A DNA stretch of 64,000 bases from Sminthopsis crassicaudata (lineage: Eukaryota). Of this stretch, positions 12,901 through 24,300 are shown piece after piece (positions within the stretch are counted from its first letter, which is position 1; each line of letters starts with the position of its first letter). The position numbers were made by a program, and so were the translations under genes. The stretch covers positions 295,321,765-295,385,764 of the forward strand of contig NC_133620.1 in assembly GCF_048593235.1 (NCBI RefSeq). The letters are read 5' to 3'. The notes beneath the pieces are model-generated. The model was not told where the DNA came from and did no database searches. It saw nothing but the letters and a program-made list of their open reading frames with translations.

Positions 12901-15900
12901 ATTAAATAAAAGAATGGTAGTATATGCTTAGTGTCAAGTGTAGAATATTGATAGTGGATTCACAGAACGAGTAGTGATCAAGAGCAGGCTGAGAAAGGCT
13001 TCCTAGAAGACATGGTAGAACCTGAGCTGGACCTTTAAAGAAGGATTACACTTAAGGGAAGAGAAGGGGGTGAAAAGATTTAAGACAGAAAAGTAGTTTG
13101 AGCAAAGGCAGCAATAAACATGGGATAATGAGTAGATTAATTTGGCTGGAGTAGAGTCTTTGTAGGGAAAAAGTAGGTAGGAGATGGAGAGGCAGTTTAT
13201 AGTCTTTAATATGAGGCCAAGGAGTTTGAACTTCATTCCTAGAATGTGTTTATCTCTCCAGGAAGATTATAAATCCCCCAAGGACAGAGAAATTTTCATT
13301 CACTTTTTGTCTTCCCCTTAGTGCCTGTTGTTTAGTCTCATCTGACTTAATGTTAATGCTGTCCATGGAGTTCTCTTGGCAAAGATACTGGAGTGGTTTG
13401 CCACTTCTTCCTCTAGTGGATTAAGGCATACAGAGGTTGTGACTTGCCTAAGATCACACAGCTAGTAAGAGTCTGAGGCTGGATTTTGAACTTTTCCAAG
13501 CCCTACCCTCTGAGCCATCTAGCACTGGGCTATAATAGTAATTCAGTAAGTATTCTAACATGATAAGAGAAGTTAGGGAATTAGGAAGAAAGGTTTAGTG
13601 GGGCTTCAGCCAATGGCAGTGAAATAGGACTAATAGAAATAGGACTAATGCTCAATTATTTATAAGGCATAATGAGGACCCACCATAATGATGAGTGGGA
13701 TCTTTTGTTATGTTTTCTACCAGGTGGACATGATCTCTTTGGCCAATCAGATTGTTGAGGCAACACCAGACCGGATTAAACAGGAAGACTTTGGAGTTGA
13801 GCCTGAGGCTGAAGGCCCTCTTCAAGAAAAGACTGGAGCCATGGGGCTCAGTGAGACTATGTCTTGGCTGGCTAGTTACCTGGAGAATGTGGACCATCTC
13901 CCTAGCCTCACCCAGCACAGGTGACCACACTCAGGATGGATCCTCTGTCCATTTCTCCTACAACTGGACAAAGAGGAAACAGGGCCCTACTAGCCTGTGA
14001 CCCAGGGACTTTGGGTAGAGTAGATATAATCTCTGGTATCCAGTCTAGAAAAGGACTCAACCTTGCCCACAATTCTAGACTCCTGAAGAGCAATTAGCTC
14101 TTTAAACTCAATTATCAGGCTGTATCTCTCCACAGAAACTCCTGGGATGGAAAGGAAAGGGTGGTAGCGCTTTAATACCTTTCTTTCTCTGCTCCCTGAA
14201 ACAGCAAGCTACCCTTTGAAGGGGGTCACCTGACTGCTCCCCCTGCCCCATCTTGGGCAGAGTTCCTTGGGGCCTCAGCTAATGGGAAAATGGAAAATGA
14301 CTTTGCACTTCTAACGCTCTCTGATCATGAGCAGCGGGAGCTGTATGAAGCAGGCCGTGTCATCCAGACTCCCTTCCGCAAGTACAAGGTTGAGGGGAAA
14401 TTAGAGGTGCAGCACATTGTTACAGTGTTAGGAATCAAGACATAGAAAGGGGAGGGGCAGATAGCAGATACTTCCCTCATTAATTATCCTATGGATTATA
14501 AAGAGTGCTAGGTGATATTTGACATAATGGATTGGAATAAAGTGAGATATGGCTTCTGGGAGTATATGACTAAGGTCATTTAATGAGTAAAAGGAAGAAA
14601 TGGGTGCCAGAGAGAAAGAACAGAGTGGAGATCAGTTACTGAGTTTATGGTTCAAGAGTAAATATAAGAAAGGAAGGGCATTTCAAATGTGGGCCCTGAG
14701 AACTAATTCTGCATTCAACATCATTCCTATTATTGATTCCGATAGAAATATTCCAATTTTCTGGAAATAAGATACAAAGTCCCAAAAGATGTGAGATTTG
14801 AAGGGCATAGGAAAAGAGAGTACTCAAGGAAAAGCCAGTAGATAAAAACTCAGTGTGATAATAATTATTAGTATGTGGTAAAGTATATATTAGGTTTATA
14901 GGCCTATGCAACTCAGAGGGACAAGTCTTAGATGGGTTCTGGGATGAGAAGATTGTACTGGAGCCCAGAATTGTTAATTATGGTAGGATAATTAGGTTCC
15001 AGACACAGGCCAAGTCAAGGAAGCAAGATTATTGAAAGGACTATAAGACAGGTCTATGAACGTTGAATGTAGTGGGGAATCATGGTTGTCCCTGGGGGGA
15101 AATGTTAGGGACTGAGGATCTTCAAGTTTTTCCTTGCTCCACCCATTCCCAAGGGCCATCGACTTAAGGAGCAGCAGGAGATAGCAGCAGCTGTGATCCA
15201 GCGCTGTTACCGAAAGTACAAGCAGGTAAGATATACCACCCCACCTCCAAATACTTACTGTTTCCTGAGCACCTCCTTGGCTTTTTTTTGCTCTAATTCC
15301 ACTTCTTTTCCCACAAGCTAACATGGATTGCACTTAAGGTAATTAAGTGAGTATTTTATTTGGGAGTAAGGAGCATGCATATCAGAGGAAGGATGTATCT
15401 CTTCTCATGAAGAGGCCTGTAGTGAGAACAGGCCTCTTAAGTTCTCTGCCTTTTTGGAGACTCACCTAGAGTAAATAAATAACTATGGAATACAATGTCT
15501 TCATATACTGCCTCAAATACTTAGTAGTTATATGATTACAACTTCAGAATTTCTGTTTCATGCTGTAACATAGATATAATATGTACATTAAGTTTCTCAA
15601 AATGGTTTTAAGGAAGGTGCTTTTCAAACCTTAAAACATTATATAAATGTTGTTTTCTCTCTTTTGATCATGTTTGGTCTCCATTCCCTGAATTCTGTCC
15701 TCCAGTTTGCACTCTATAAGAAGATGACCCAAGCAGCCATCCTGATCCAGAGCAAATTTCGAAGTTATTATGAACAGAAGAGATTTCAGCAGAGTAGACG
15801 GGCTGCTGTACTAATTCAACAGCACTACCGTTCCTATCGATGCAGACCTGGACCCTACCACCGCCCTTCTGGGCCTTCAGGACCTCTGCCTCCTCGTGGC

Positions 15901-16626
15901 AAGTATGTTCTTGAGCTATGACGGCTTCCAGACTGCACAGAAAACTGCTGCCTTATATGTACCCCACTTCCCTCTTCTCTCCACTGTAATTGTCAGAATT
16001 GTCTTCTTTATACCTAAAAGTTCCCTATCTGAGCTGTCTTTACTCTCACTTACCTTCCCCTTTCCTATACAATTTTCTTAGGGAGGTGGGACTGAAGAGG
16101 AACCTGTACAGTCTCCTTTATCTTGTTAGCATCCCCTTCTCTCTCCTTCCAGAGGCTCCTTCCTTACCAAGAAGCAGGATCAGGCAGCTAGGAAAATTAT
16201 TCGTTTCCTGAGGCGTTGTCAACATAGGTACCTGGCCCTCTTTAACTACTTTATTTCCCCATTAATGTTCAATTCCTTTGCTCCTCCCATTGATTCCTCC
16301 AATCATTTCCTTCTTTTTAAAATGCATTTAGTAATTTGTTTTTCCCCAATTATATGTAAAAACAATCTTTAACATTTATTTTTAAAACTTTTTGAGTTCC
16401 AAATTCTCTCCCTCCATCCCTATTACCTTTCATTGAGAAGGCAAGCGATTTGATACAGTTTATACTTTTACTGTCATGCGAAACATTTTCATATTCATCA
16501 CCAATCATTTCCTTCTAAGACCCTATATTACTGTTTAACTTCTTTTTCTCTCTCCCCAACAGGATGAAGGAACTGAAGCAAAGCCAGGAGGTAGAAGGTC
16601 TTTCCCAACCTGAAATGAGCACCTGA
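949..16626 (+). CDS. CAMTA2: Calmodulin-binding transcription activator 2 (CG-1, TIG/IPT, ankyrin and IQ domains); 22 coding exons, ~1197 aa including the microexon
   Basis: Exons: 949-979, 1129-1232, 3469-3536, 3626-3761, 4300-4371, 4662-4815, 5174-5308, 5835-6730, 7078-7204, 8425-8559, 9991-10106, 10752-10936, 11332-11410, 11634-11856, 12183-12505, 13724-13920, 14205-14388, 15154-15225, 15318-15338, 15706-15902, 16153-16227, 16563-16626. All are GT-AG and phase-consistent (3594 nt). Translation runs MNNKDTTEVAENSHHLKIFLPKKLLECLPRC...RKDGKTTREDHMKLKVQG...ITDFSPEWSYPEGGVKVLITGPW...MWACALGHLEAA...KKQDQAARKI and matches CAMTA2. Confidence 0.97.
1369..1559 (+). mobile_element. Non-autonomous hAT MITE, OposCharlie1 (OC1)-like
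   Basis: Terminal inverted repeats CAGTGGTCCTCAAACT / AGTTTGAGAACCCCTG (14/16 match). 8-bp TSD ccatacac (1361-1368) vs ccatatat (1560-1567). The 5' end aaactttttaaacaggggccagttcactgtccc resembles OC1/nhAT elements (from memory). Confidence 0.8.
7372..7490 (+). mobile_element. MIR/CORE-SINE fragment
   Basis: Core-like ttaggcaagtcatttaacttatctgaacc; boundaries approximate. Confidence 0.55.
13345..13525 (-). mobile_element. MAR1-like SINE (CORE plus RTE-derived tail)
   Basis: caaagatactggagtggtttgccacttcttc (RTE-type end) joined to gtgacttgcctaagatcacacagctagtaag (CORE); boundaries approximate. Confidence 0.65.
15318..15338 (+). CDS. CAMTA2: 21-nt frame-preserving CAMTA2 microexon encoding LTWIALK
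   Basis: ttcttttcccacaag|CTA ACA TGG ATT GCA CTT AAG|gtaatt. The peptide matches the optional LTWIALK segment of human CAMTA2 (from memory). Confidence 0.9.
16315..16500 (-). mobile_element. Older L1 3' UTR fragment
   Basis: caaattctctccctcc...cattgagaaggcaagc motif shared with 21855-22115 and, in reverse, with 58590-58790. Confidence 0.5.
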
Positions 16627-17384
16627 CCACTCCCTCCCACTACCTTGAGAAAGGGTGGTTTTTACAGGGATAAGATTCCTTGTTGGAATAGGAAACAACT
16701 TCCCTCCAAAACTCCATAGAGCCTCTTCCTCTTAGACCTCATAGACCCTCCTCTTAGCCTCTGGAAAGTGTTTGTTTCCTCCCCCTTCCTTCTAGTATAC
16801 CTGTTTCTTCAGCCTTCTCCTTCCCCCATTTTTACTGGTCCTGGCCTTTAGTCTGACCCGTACCTTACTCTTCAGCTGTGATCTGTCAGAGCCCTGTCTG
16901 CAGCTCTCATACCCATGAAGGGCTTCCTCCTTTGCCTGCCTGCCTGCCTGCCTTACATGGTTCTTTCACCAATCAGCCTCTGCTGTCTCCCCCGTCTCCC
17001 ACATCTGCTGCTTCCCCTGTCTGTCCGTCTCCCACGTCTCATCCCAGTCACTCACATTTCTGATCCCTGGAGAAGTCTTGGCATGATTCTTTTGTCTCGG
17101 CGCCTGTCCTATTACGGATCCTGATTCTCCTCTTTCTGCCCCTCCCCCCAAGCTCCCTCCTGTTGATCAAGGGGTAGAAAGGGAGAATGGGAGAGGTGTA
17201 AATAACCAGTGAAGGGCATTATTGTACGGAACTGTGAGGAATGGGATGGGGGGCCTGCATGGGCCAATTGCTCCCCCACCCCGGGGTCAAAAAGGGTGAG
17301 GGGGATGTCTCCTCCTTATCTCCACCCCATTGCCCAGGTGGTCACCGTGTTAAGTGTGCATGGGCCTGGTTTGTACAACTTGCT

Positions 17385-17390
17385 ATTAAA
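17385..17390 (+). terminator. CAMTA2: CAMTA2 polyadenylation signal ATTAAA
   Basis: ATTAAA ~760 nt after the stop codon, followed by T/G-rich sequence (ctcctgcttttgtttg) and then the SPAG7 promoter. Confidence 0.7.
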
Positions 17391-17399
17391 ACATCGCTG

Positions 17400-18350
17400 C
17401 AACCGTCCGACTCCTGCTTTTGTTTGAGGGGAGGAGGAGGCAGGACCGGGCCTCTCCCAACCACTGCAAATCTGTGTAACTTACAAAGTTGGGGGAGCGG
17501 GGTGGGGGGTGCGACTGCCAGGGTGCCCTCCGAGAGGAAGGGACCGGAATTGGCTTCAGAAACCTGGAGAGGGGGGAAGGAGGGTGGATGCAGCCTCGGG
17601 CATCTACATCGCCACTGCCCAAGATTCTTGGAGAAAGCGAGAAGCCCCTAGCCAATCTTCGGGGCAGTCCCTCCTTCCCCTTTAATAGGTAGGGCTATTG
17701 AACTGGAGAAGGACGTGGTGGGGTGGGGGTGGAGAGAGGAATGATTTTCCGCCTCCGGCAGTTTATTGTCTTAAAGGCGTTTCGTCATTCCCTTTAAGGC
17801 GGCAGTGCCGCCCCCACTTAGTCTCTTCCAAGATGGCGGACCTACTGGGCTCTATCCTGAGCTCGATGGAGAAGCCGCCCAGCGTCGGTGACCAGGAGAC
17901 TCGCCGCAAGGCCCGAGGTAAGAAGCCCCAGTACGCACCCTGCTTCTATTTTACGGGAGTTCACTCCTTGCGCTCGGCCTGGCGCCCCCTTAACTCTGAA
18001 GACCCCCTGTTGGGCCCATCGGCGTCCCCTTGAAAACTCCATTGGACACCAGCTCTGTCAGTCAGCGATAGGGAGACGGCAATTGGTCCCATGCTTGTTT
18101 CTAGGCCCAGCTCTTTTTTCTTATCCTTCCCCTCCGCAGTCCTTTATTCCTATTAGTAGAAACACCCGCTTGTCTCTCTTCCCTTTCTCAAATGGCGAGC
18201 ATCGATTGGTTAGCCGTGAACCAAGCCACACCCGTCCTCTTTCTCTCTATCCTGTGCTCCAATTGGTGGATGGACCCATTCTTCCGTTCTTTGCCTCAGT
18301 CAATCAATCAATCTACCTTTCATTGAACGCCCCCAATGGTCTCATTATTG
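17400..18350 (+). promoter_or_regulatory. SPAG7: SPAG7 CpG-island promoter; YY1-type AAGATGGCGG overlaps the start codon (17830-17839)
   Basis: CpG-dense region with ETS-like ccggaa/ttccg motifs and several CCAAT boxes just downstream of exon 1. Confidence 0.7.
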
Positions 18351-21300
18351 TGCTGGGATCTGGGAATACAAAGACCTGGAAAGAAAGAAACCTACCTTCT
18401 AGTAACTTCCATTCTAAAGCGGAGGTTCCTGAAGAGTATATGTAAATACCTATGTAATATAAGAGGTAGGGAGCCTACTCCATTAAAGGAAGTATCTGAG
18501 TGTAAGTGTGGCCCGGCAAGGGTCGTAGTGCCCAAGGCTTCCCAGTCCTTAACCTGTTTACTTCTTCTGTAAAAGGTTATATTAATACCATCTACATCAC
18601 CGGCTTTTCTTGAGGATCAAAAGTGCACGGTGTTCTTGCAAACCTCAGAATACAGGCTGTGACTTTTAGTGAAAGTTCCGATTATGTAGGGAAAAGGAGT
18701 ATCCTCCTCTGGCAGTTCCCTATTATAAAAATCATAGATTGGTCCCCATTCTCAAATGCAAAGTGGTTCCAGAGGGAATGGCATTATTATATAATATTAT
18801 ATTATATTATATATTATTCCTTAAGAATAGTGCACAGATTTATATAGTCTGGAGCGAACTCCCTTCTTACCTCGGGGTCAGAGAATTGCTTTCTTTCAGG
18901 AAATCGAGAACAGTCATAGAGAGTGGTGATTGATTGGCACTATTCTTAAGGAACGGAGAGGCCAGTCTGACTAGATTAGAGAGAGAATCTTTCCCCCAAA
19001 CCCTTCCCGCCTCCAAATTCACTACTGCCTAGGGCACTACATCCTCCCAATTTCTCAAGCTAACGATCAGGGTGCCATACTCAGTACCTCACTGTCTCTA
19101 CTGTCCATCCCTCCTCCCCCCTTAATCCAATCTGTTGCCCAAGGACCATCCATCCATTTTACCTTTGTAACATCTCTCAAATATGCCCCCTTTCCTGCCA
19201 CCACACCTGTGCAGGCCCTCATCACCTCACCTGTGTACTACTGCAATAACCTGCTTGTGGGTTTGTCGCCTCTAAGTCTCTCCCAATGTCAGTCTGCCCA
19301 TCGGTCAGCCTCCAAAAATGATTTTCCTCAACTTCGAGTCCAACCCCATCACCCTCCTACTCAATATACTCTAGTAGTTCCCTGTCGAGTTGATCAAACA
19401 CTAAAACCCACTGTATAATGATCAAAATCCTTTATAACCAACCCTTGCCCCCAGTCTTCTTGTACCTTTACAGCCCACCACGTATTTTCAATACATTCCA
19501 CTTGTTAGTTTGAGCATTTTCTCTGGCTGTCTCTCATCCCTGGAATGCTTTTCTTCCTCATCTCTGCCTGAAAGCTTCCCAGACTTCCTTTAATTTCCAA
19601 CTAAAATCCCATCTTCTACAGGAAGCTTTTCCCAACCCTTCTTAATTCTCGTACCTTCCCTTTCTTATTTTGTTTATCCTATATGTTTTTACATAACTTT
19701 TTGTTTGTCTTCCTCACTAGATTGTGAGTTCCTTGCTGAAGGGACTGCCTCTTTTTTCGTGTGAGTGTGTGTTCACTTAGAACAGACACAATAGGACTCT
19801 TATTTCTTGTCTAGAAAAATAGGAATAAAATACAACGAAACTAGAAAGAAAGATTGGGGCTAAGGCTATAAAAACTAAAACGAACTTATTTTATTCCAGG
19901 GGGAACCACTGGAATAGGAAAGTGAAATCATCCAATTTGGGTTTAAGGAAAATCACCATGGGAGCTGTGCGGAGTAGGAAAAGAGGAGGCAAGGAGTCTA
20001 ATTAGGAGGTTGTTGAGACAGTATGTGAATAGAAAGGTTTTAGGTTCAAAATAAGTTGTGGAGGTAGAAATAGCAAAATTTGGAAATGGATTGGATATGA
20101 GGCAAAGTAAGGTGTCAAGGATGAAACAAGAGAAATATTGAATGATTGATTCCTCCCCAGAAGCAGTGAAGTTTAGAAGAAGAATGGGGGTGGAAAAAGA
20201 TCATGAGTCATGTTTTGAACATGTTAAGTTTGAAATTTCTCCAGGACATCGTGTATGCAATGCCCAAAAAGTTGGTCATATGGGACAGAAGGTCAGGGTA
20301 GAGACAGGGGCTGGATATATAGATCTATAAAATATCTGCAGAAATGATCATTAAACCCATGGGAATTGAAGGTTACTAAGGGAGTGCTACAGAAGTGATC
20401 ATAGAGGGTCATAGATTTTAGAAATGGGAAGAACTTTAGAGGACCCAGGGACCAGATTCCTCATTTTGTAGCTAAGTAAAGTTTGAATACTTGCCCAGGG
20501 TAATAGAGTTAGAAAGTAGTCTGAAGTGAAATTTGAACGAAGGCCCCTGACCACAAGTCGGGGCAAGTGTGCTCCTGGGCGCACGTCCTTAATATTAATG
20601 CAGCAAAGGTCAAAAGGATGAAGAATGAGAAAATGCCATAAATGTTATCAGCCGAGAGCTGTTGGAATGATGAGCTCAAACGCCAGACCGAAAAGGCTGA
20701 GTGAGGGCAGAGAAAGCACAACCCATAAATGGTTGGAGCTTTTCTGAAAGTTTGGCTGAGAGAGGAAAGATAGCTGAAAGCTCCTGGAGAGCGGGAGGCG
20801 GTAGGAAGCCCGCCGCGCGGAAGAGGTAGACAATCAGGAGCGGAGAGGATCAGCCAATGGCGGGATCTTCCGGAGAAGGGTCTAAGGAAAAAAGTGAGAG
20901 GATACGTCGAGAGTTTTAGAGTGAAGAAAGGAGAAGCTGGTCTTCCTTTCCTTTTTAGGATCTGCCTGTCTAGGAACAGAGCAATTCTATTGGCTCTCTC
21001 CTGCTATCTGTCCATTTGAATTGAACTCTGCTCTCCCCGCCCTTTGCCCCTATGGATCCTATTGGCTGAATTTCCTTCGATGCCTATCTGTAACGTGTGT
21101 GTGTGCGCGCGCGCGCGCGCGCTTGCTTTCTTATAATGTGAGCTGGAAGGAACCTGGTCGTGCTGTGGGGGAGACTCTTTAACTCCCCCCAGGCTGTTTT
21201 GCTGTGCTGGACTGGGCGTGGCAAGCACCTCGGCGAGGCCCTCTAGGCTCCCCATACTTCTCCACAGACTTGAGATCTTGACTGTCGTCATCTCAGAGCA

Positions 21301-24300
21301 CTCCCATTTCTCTTACAAATTTACTTTCTCTCCCCTGCCGTCCTCCCCACGCCAGAGACAATAGAAAATGTTCATCGGGAACACTCTGACATTTATATTG
21401 TCCCCTCAGAGGGGAGAAAGTCCGCACAACCGGAGCTTGATTTTTTTTCCTAAACCTTTTCCCAAGCCTCACTTTTTCAGTTCTCCCAGCCATCACTCAG
21501 TGGAAATTTCATAATAACCATTTTTGATTCTTCTTTCTGTTTCAGGTTCCACATCCAAACATTTCCCACCTCCACAAGACCTCTTGCATCCATCCCGTGA
21601 TTTAACTGCTCTCATTTGAAGTTTTGTTGTTACAACCTCCAGATTCATAACTTTGGTTTATTCTTATTCTTCCCTTTTCCTCAACACCCTTGTTTAGGTT
21701 TTTTTATTCTGCTTTCATAAGTTATTTGGAATATCGTTTTATCTGGATTATTACAATAGCTTCCTAATTGGACTCCTGGTACATCTTTCACAACACTGCT
21801 AAAATGATTTTCTAAAGCATAGTTCTAACCATGCCACTCATTTTCTATTTTTATTTTCTCAAAAATATTTTATTTTGCTGAATACATGGAAAGATCGTTT
21901 AAAACATTCATTTTTGTAAACCTTTGTGTTCCAATTTTTCTCCCTTCCCTTACTTCTCCCCTCCCCAAGATAGCAAGCTGATATAGATTAAGTTAAGCAT
22001 GTGCTATCCTTTTAAAACATATTTCCATATAACTACAATAAAGAAACAAATAAAAAATTGAAAATACTATGCTTCAATCCACAATCAGTCTCTGTAGTTC
22101 TCTGTCTGTCTGGATGTGATTTTATGCTGCTCATTTTCTGCAGTTTCTTCTTGCCTCTAAAATAAAATACAGATTCCCCTATCTTGCATAGTTCCTGGCA
22201 CACTAGTAAGCTTTTAATAAATACTTGTTAATTACCATTCCCTAAACTTGGCAGCTGTTTGCTTTTCTTCCTCCCTTCTCTTTTTTTTTTTTTTTTTTTA
22301 ACAATCCTTTGCTATAATATCATAACCCGAACCCACAGAAAAGTCAAAGAAGTCTGTTATGGGGTGGTAAAAAACTGTTGGTATAGCATTTGCAACTTTG
22401 TTCCTATAGAACTAACTGTTCCATGTGATATTAAAGTTTTCCATGAAGTCATGTTTTCCTTAAGCTGATTAGTTCAGGAAATTGAAAATATGGAAAGAGA
22501 CCTCATGTCTCATTTTATAGAGAAGGAAGCAAAGGCTTGAAAGTAGAGGGAAAATTGCAACTTTAAAATTGAATGACCTGAAAAGCATCTCAAACTCAAC
22601 ATTTCCAAAAGAGAACTCATTATCTTTCCTCTAAAATCACTTTTCTTCCAAACTCTATTTCTAAGATGCCAGTTTATAACCATGGTGTTGTGCTCAATTC
22701 CTCATTTTCCTTCACCTAAATTATCTAGCCCTGGTAGTTTGTAAGCTTCATAGAATCTCTTGACTTTAAATCCTTAGTTCAGGCTTTCATTATTTCTTGC
22801 TCCAAATCCCAATGGCTCCCAGTTTTCTTTTGAATACAAGCTCCTCTGTTTTGCTTTTAAAACCCTTTACCATGTGGCCCCATTCCATCTTTCCAGCCTC
22901 ATTGTATTATTCCTCTTCCTGTACTCCAGGGTTTTGGACTAACCATCCTTCATTCTGGCATGTATTCACCCCTTACTATCACTTCATAATGCCCTTCTCA
23001 TCCTTTACAATGAATTTAAAGTACCATTTTCTACATAAAGTCTTTTCTGATTTCTCATTCCTCTAATATTGCTTTTCCTTCCCAACTACATATTTTTTTC
23101 TAACAACAGAATATGGGAAGGGTTGTTTCATTCTTTCTGTCTGTATATTTGTATTTAAGCCTGGCACATAGTAGGCCTTTAATAAATGCTTGTTGAGTGT
23201 CCAAGATTATGCTTCTGGTTAATGGCAATGCCAGGACTAGAACTTAGGTCTCCTGAATTCAGATTCTTTCTATTGCTTTCTAGAATGAAAGTTGAAAGAT
23301 AGACTGAAAAAAGCAGGGATGAATACTGAGTCATGTGAAATACACATTAGAATGCTAGAGAAGAAAAGGATCATGATAATTTTAGATATTTTTTAGACAT
23401 TTGTTTTCAGAGTTAAGTTGCCAAGCTGACTCCTTATAGATCAACAGGGAAAACTTCTCGATTTAATCCAAATAGATTATAAGATTTTTGAGGACAGGAA
23501 CTATGTGTAATATATATAGTAATAGCATTTATATAATACTTTATAGTATTCAAAGCATTGCAAATATGATCTCATTTCTTCCCAGGGTTGTTCATACAAC
23601 AACCCAGAGAGGTGAGTGTTCTTACTATCCTGATTTTATAGAATCATTCCCATCCTGACTGTGATAATGGATAGGTTTCTGAATATCTCGTGTCCCAGGA
23701 AACTCTTTTAAGAGTAAATTGCTGTAAATAACTATGGACATGTATACATATATTATATTTAACTTATACTTTAACATATTTAACATGTATTGGTCAACCT
23801 GCCATCTGGGGGAGGGGGTGGGGGGAAGAAGGGGAAAAGTTGGAAATAAAGGTTTTGCAATTGTCAGTGCTGAAAAATTACCCATGTATATATCTTGTAA
23901 ATAAAAAGCTATAATTTAAAATAATAATAAAATAATGCAATGGAAAAAAACAAAAATGAGTAAATTGATGTGAAGGTGACAATCCCAGTATTGGTAACTG
24001 AAGTGTCCTCCATGGGAGGAAATTTAAGGAAGTTTGAGAATTAAGTCCTGCAAAATATCCATTTTATAAATAAACAAACTGAAGTGACTTAGAATTAGAA
24101 GAGATCTTAGATACTATTTAATCAAATCTTTTCATTTTACAATTGAAGAAACCAAGGCTGAAGTGGCTTTCTTGAGATCCACTTGAGATTGCACAGAGGC
24201 AGAATTTGAACTTAGATCTCATATGTTGCTATAGATCTAACAAGTTCGTATCCCCAGCCTCCGAGCCTTATTTCATATTCGGCTTTTTCACCCACTATAT

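Noticed and set aside
17888-18445. 185-aa ORF overlapping SPAG7 exon 1 and intron 1
   Set aside because: This is a GC-rich CpG-island ORF with a non-ATG start and no protein-like features.
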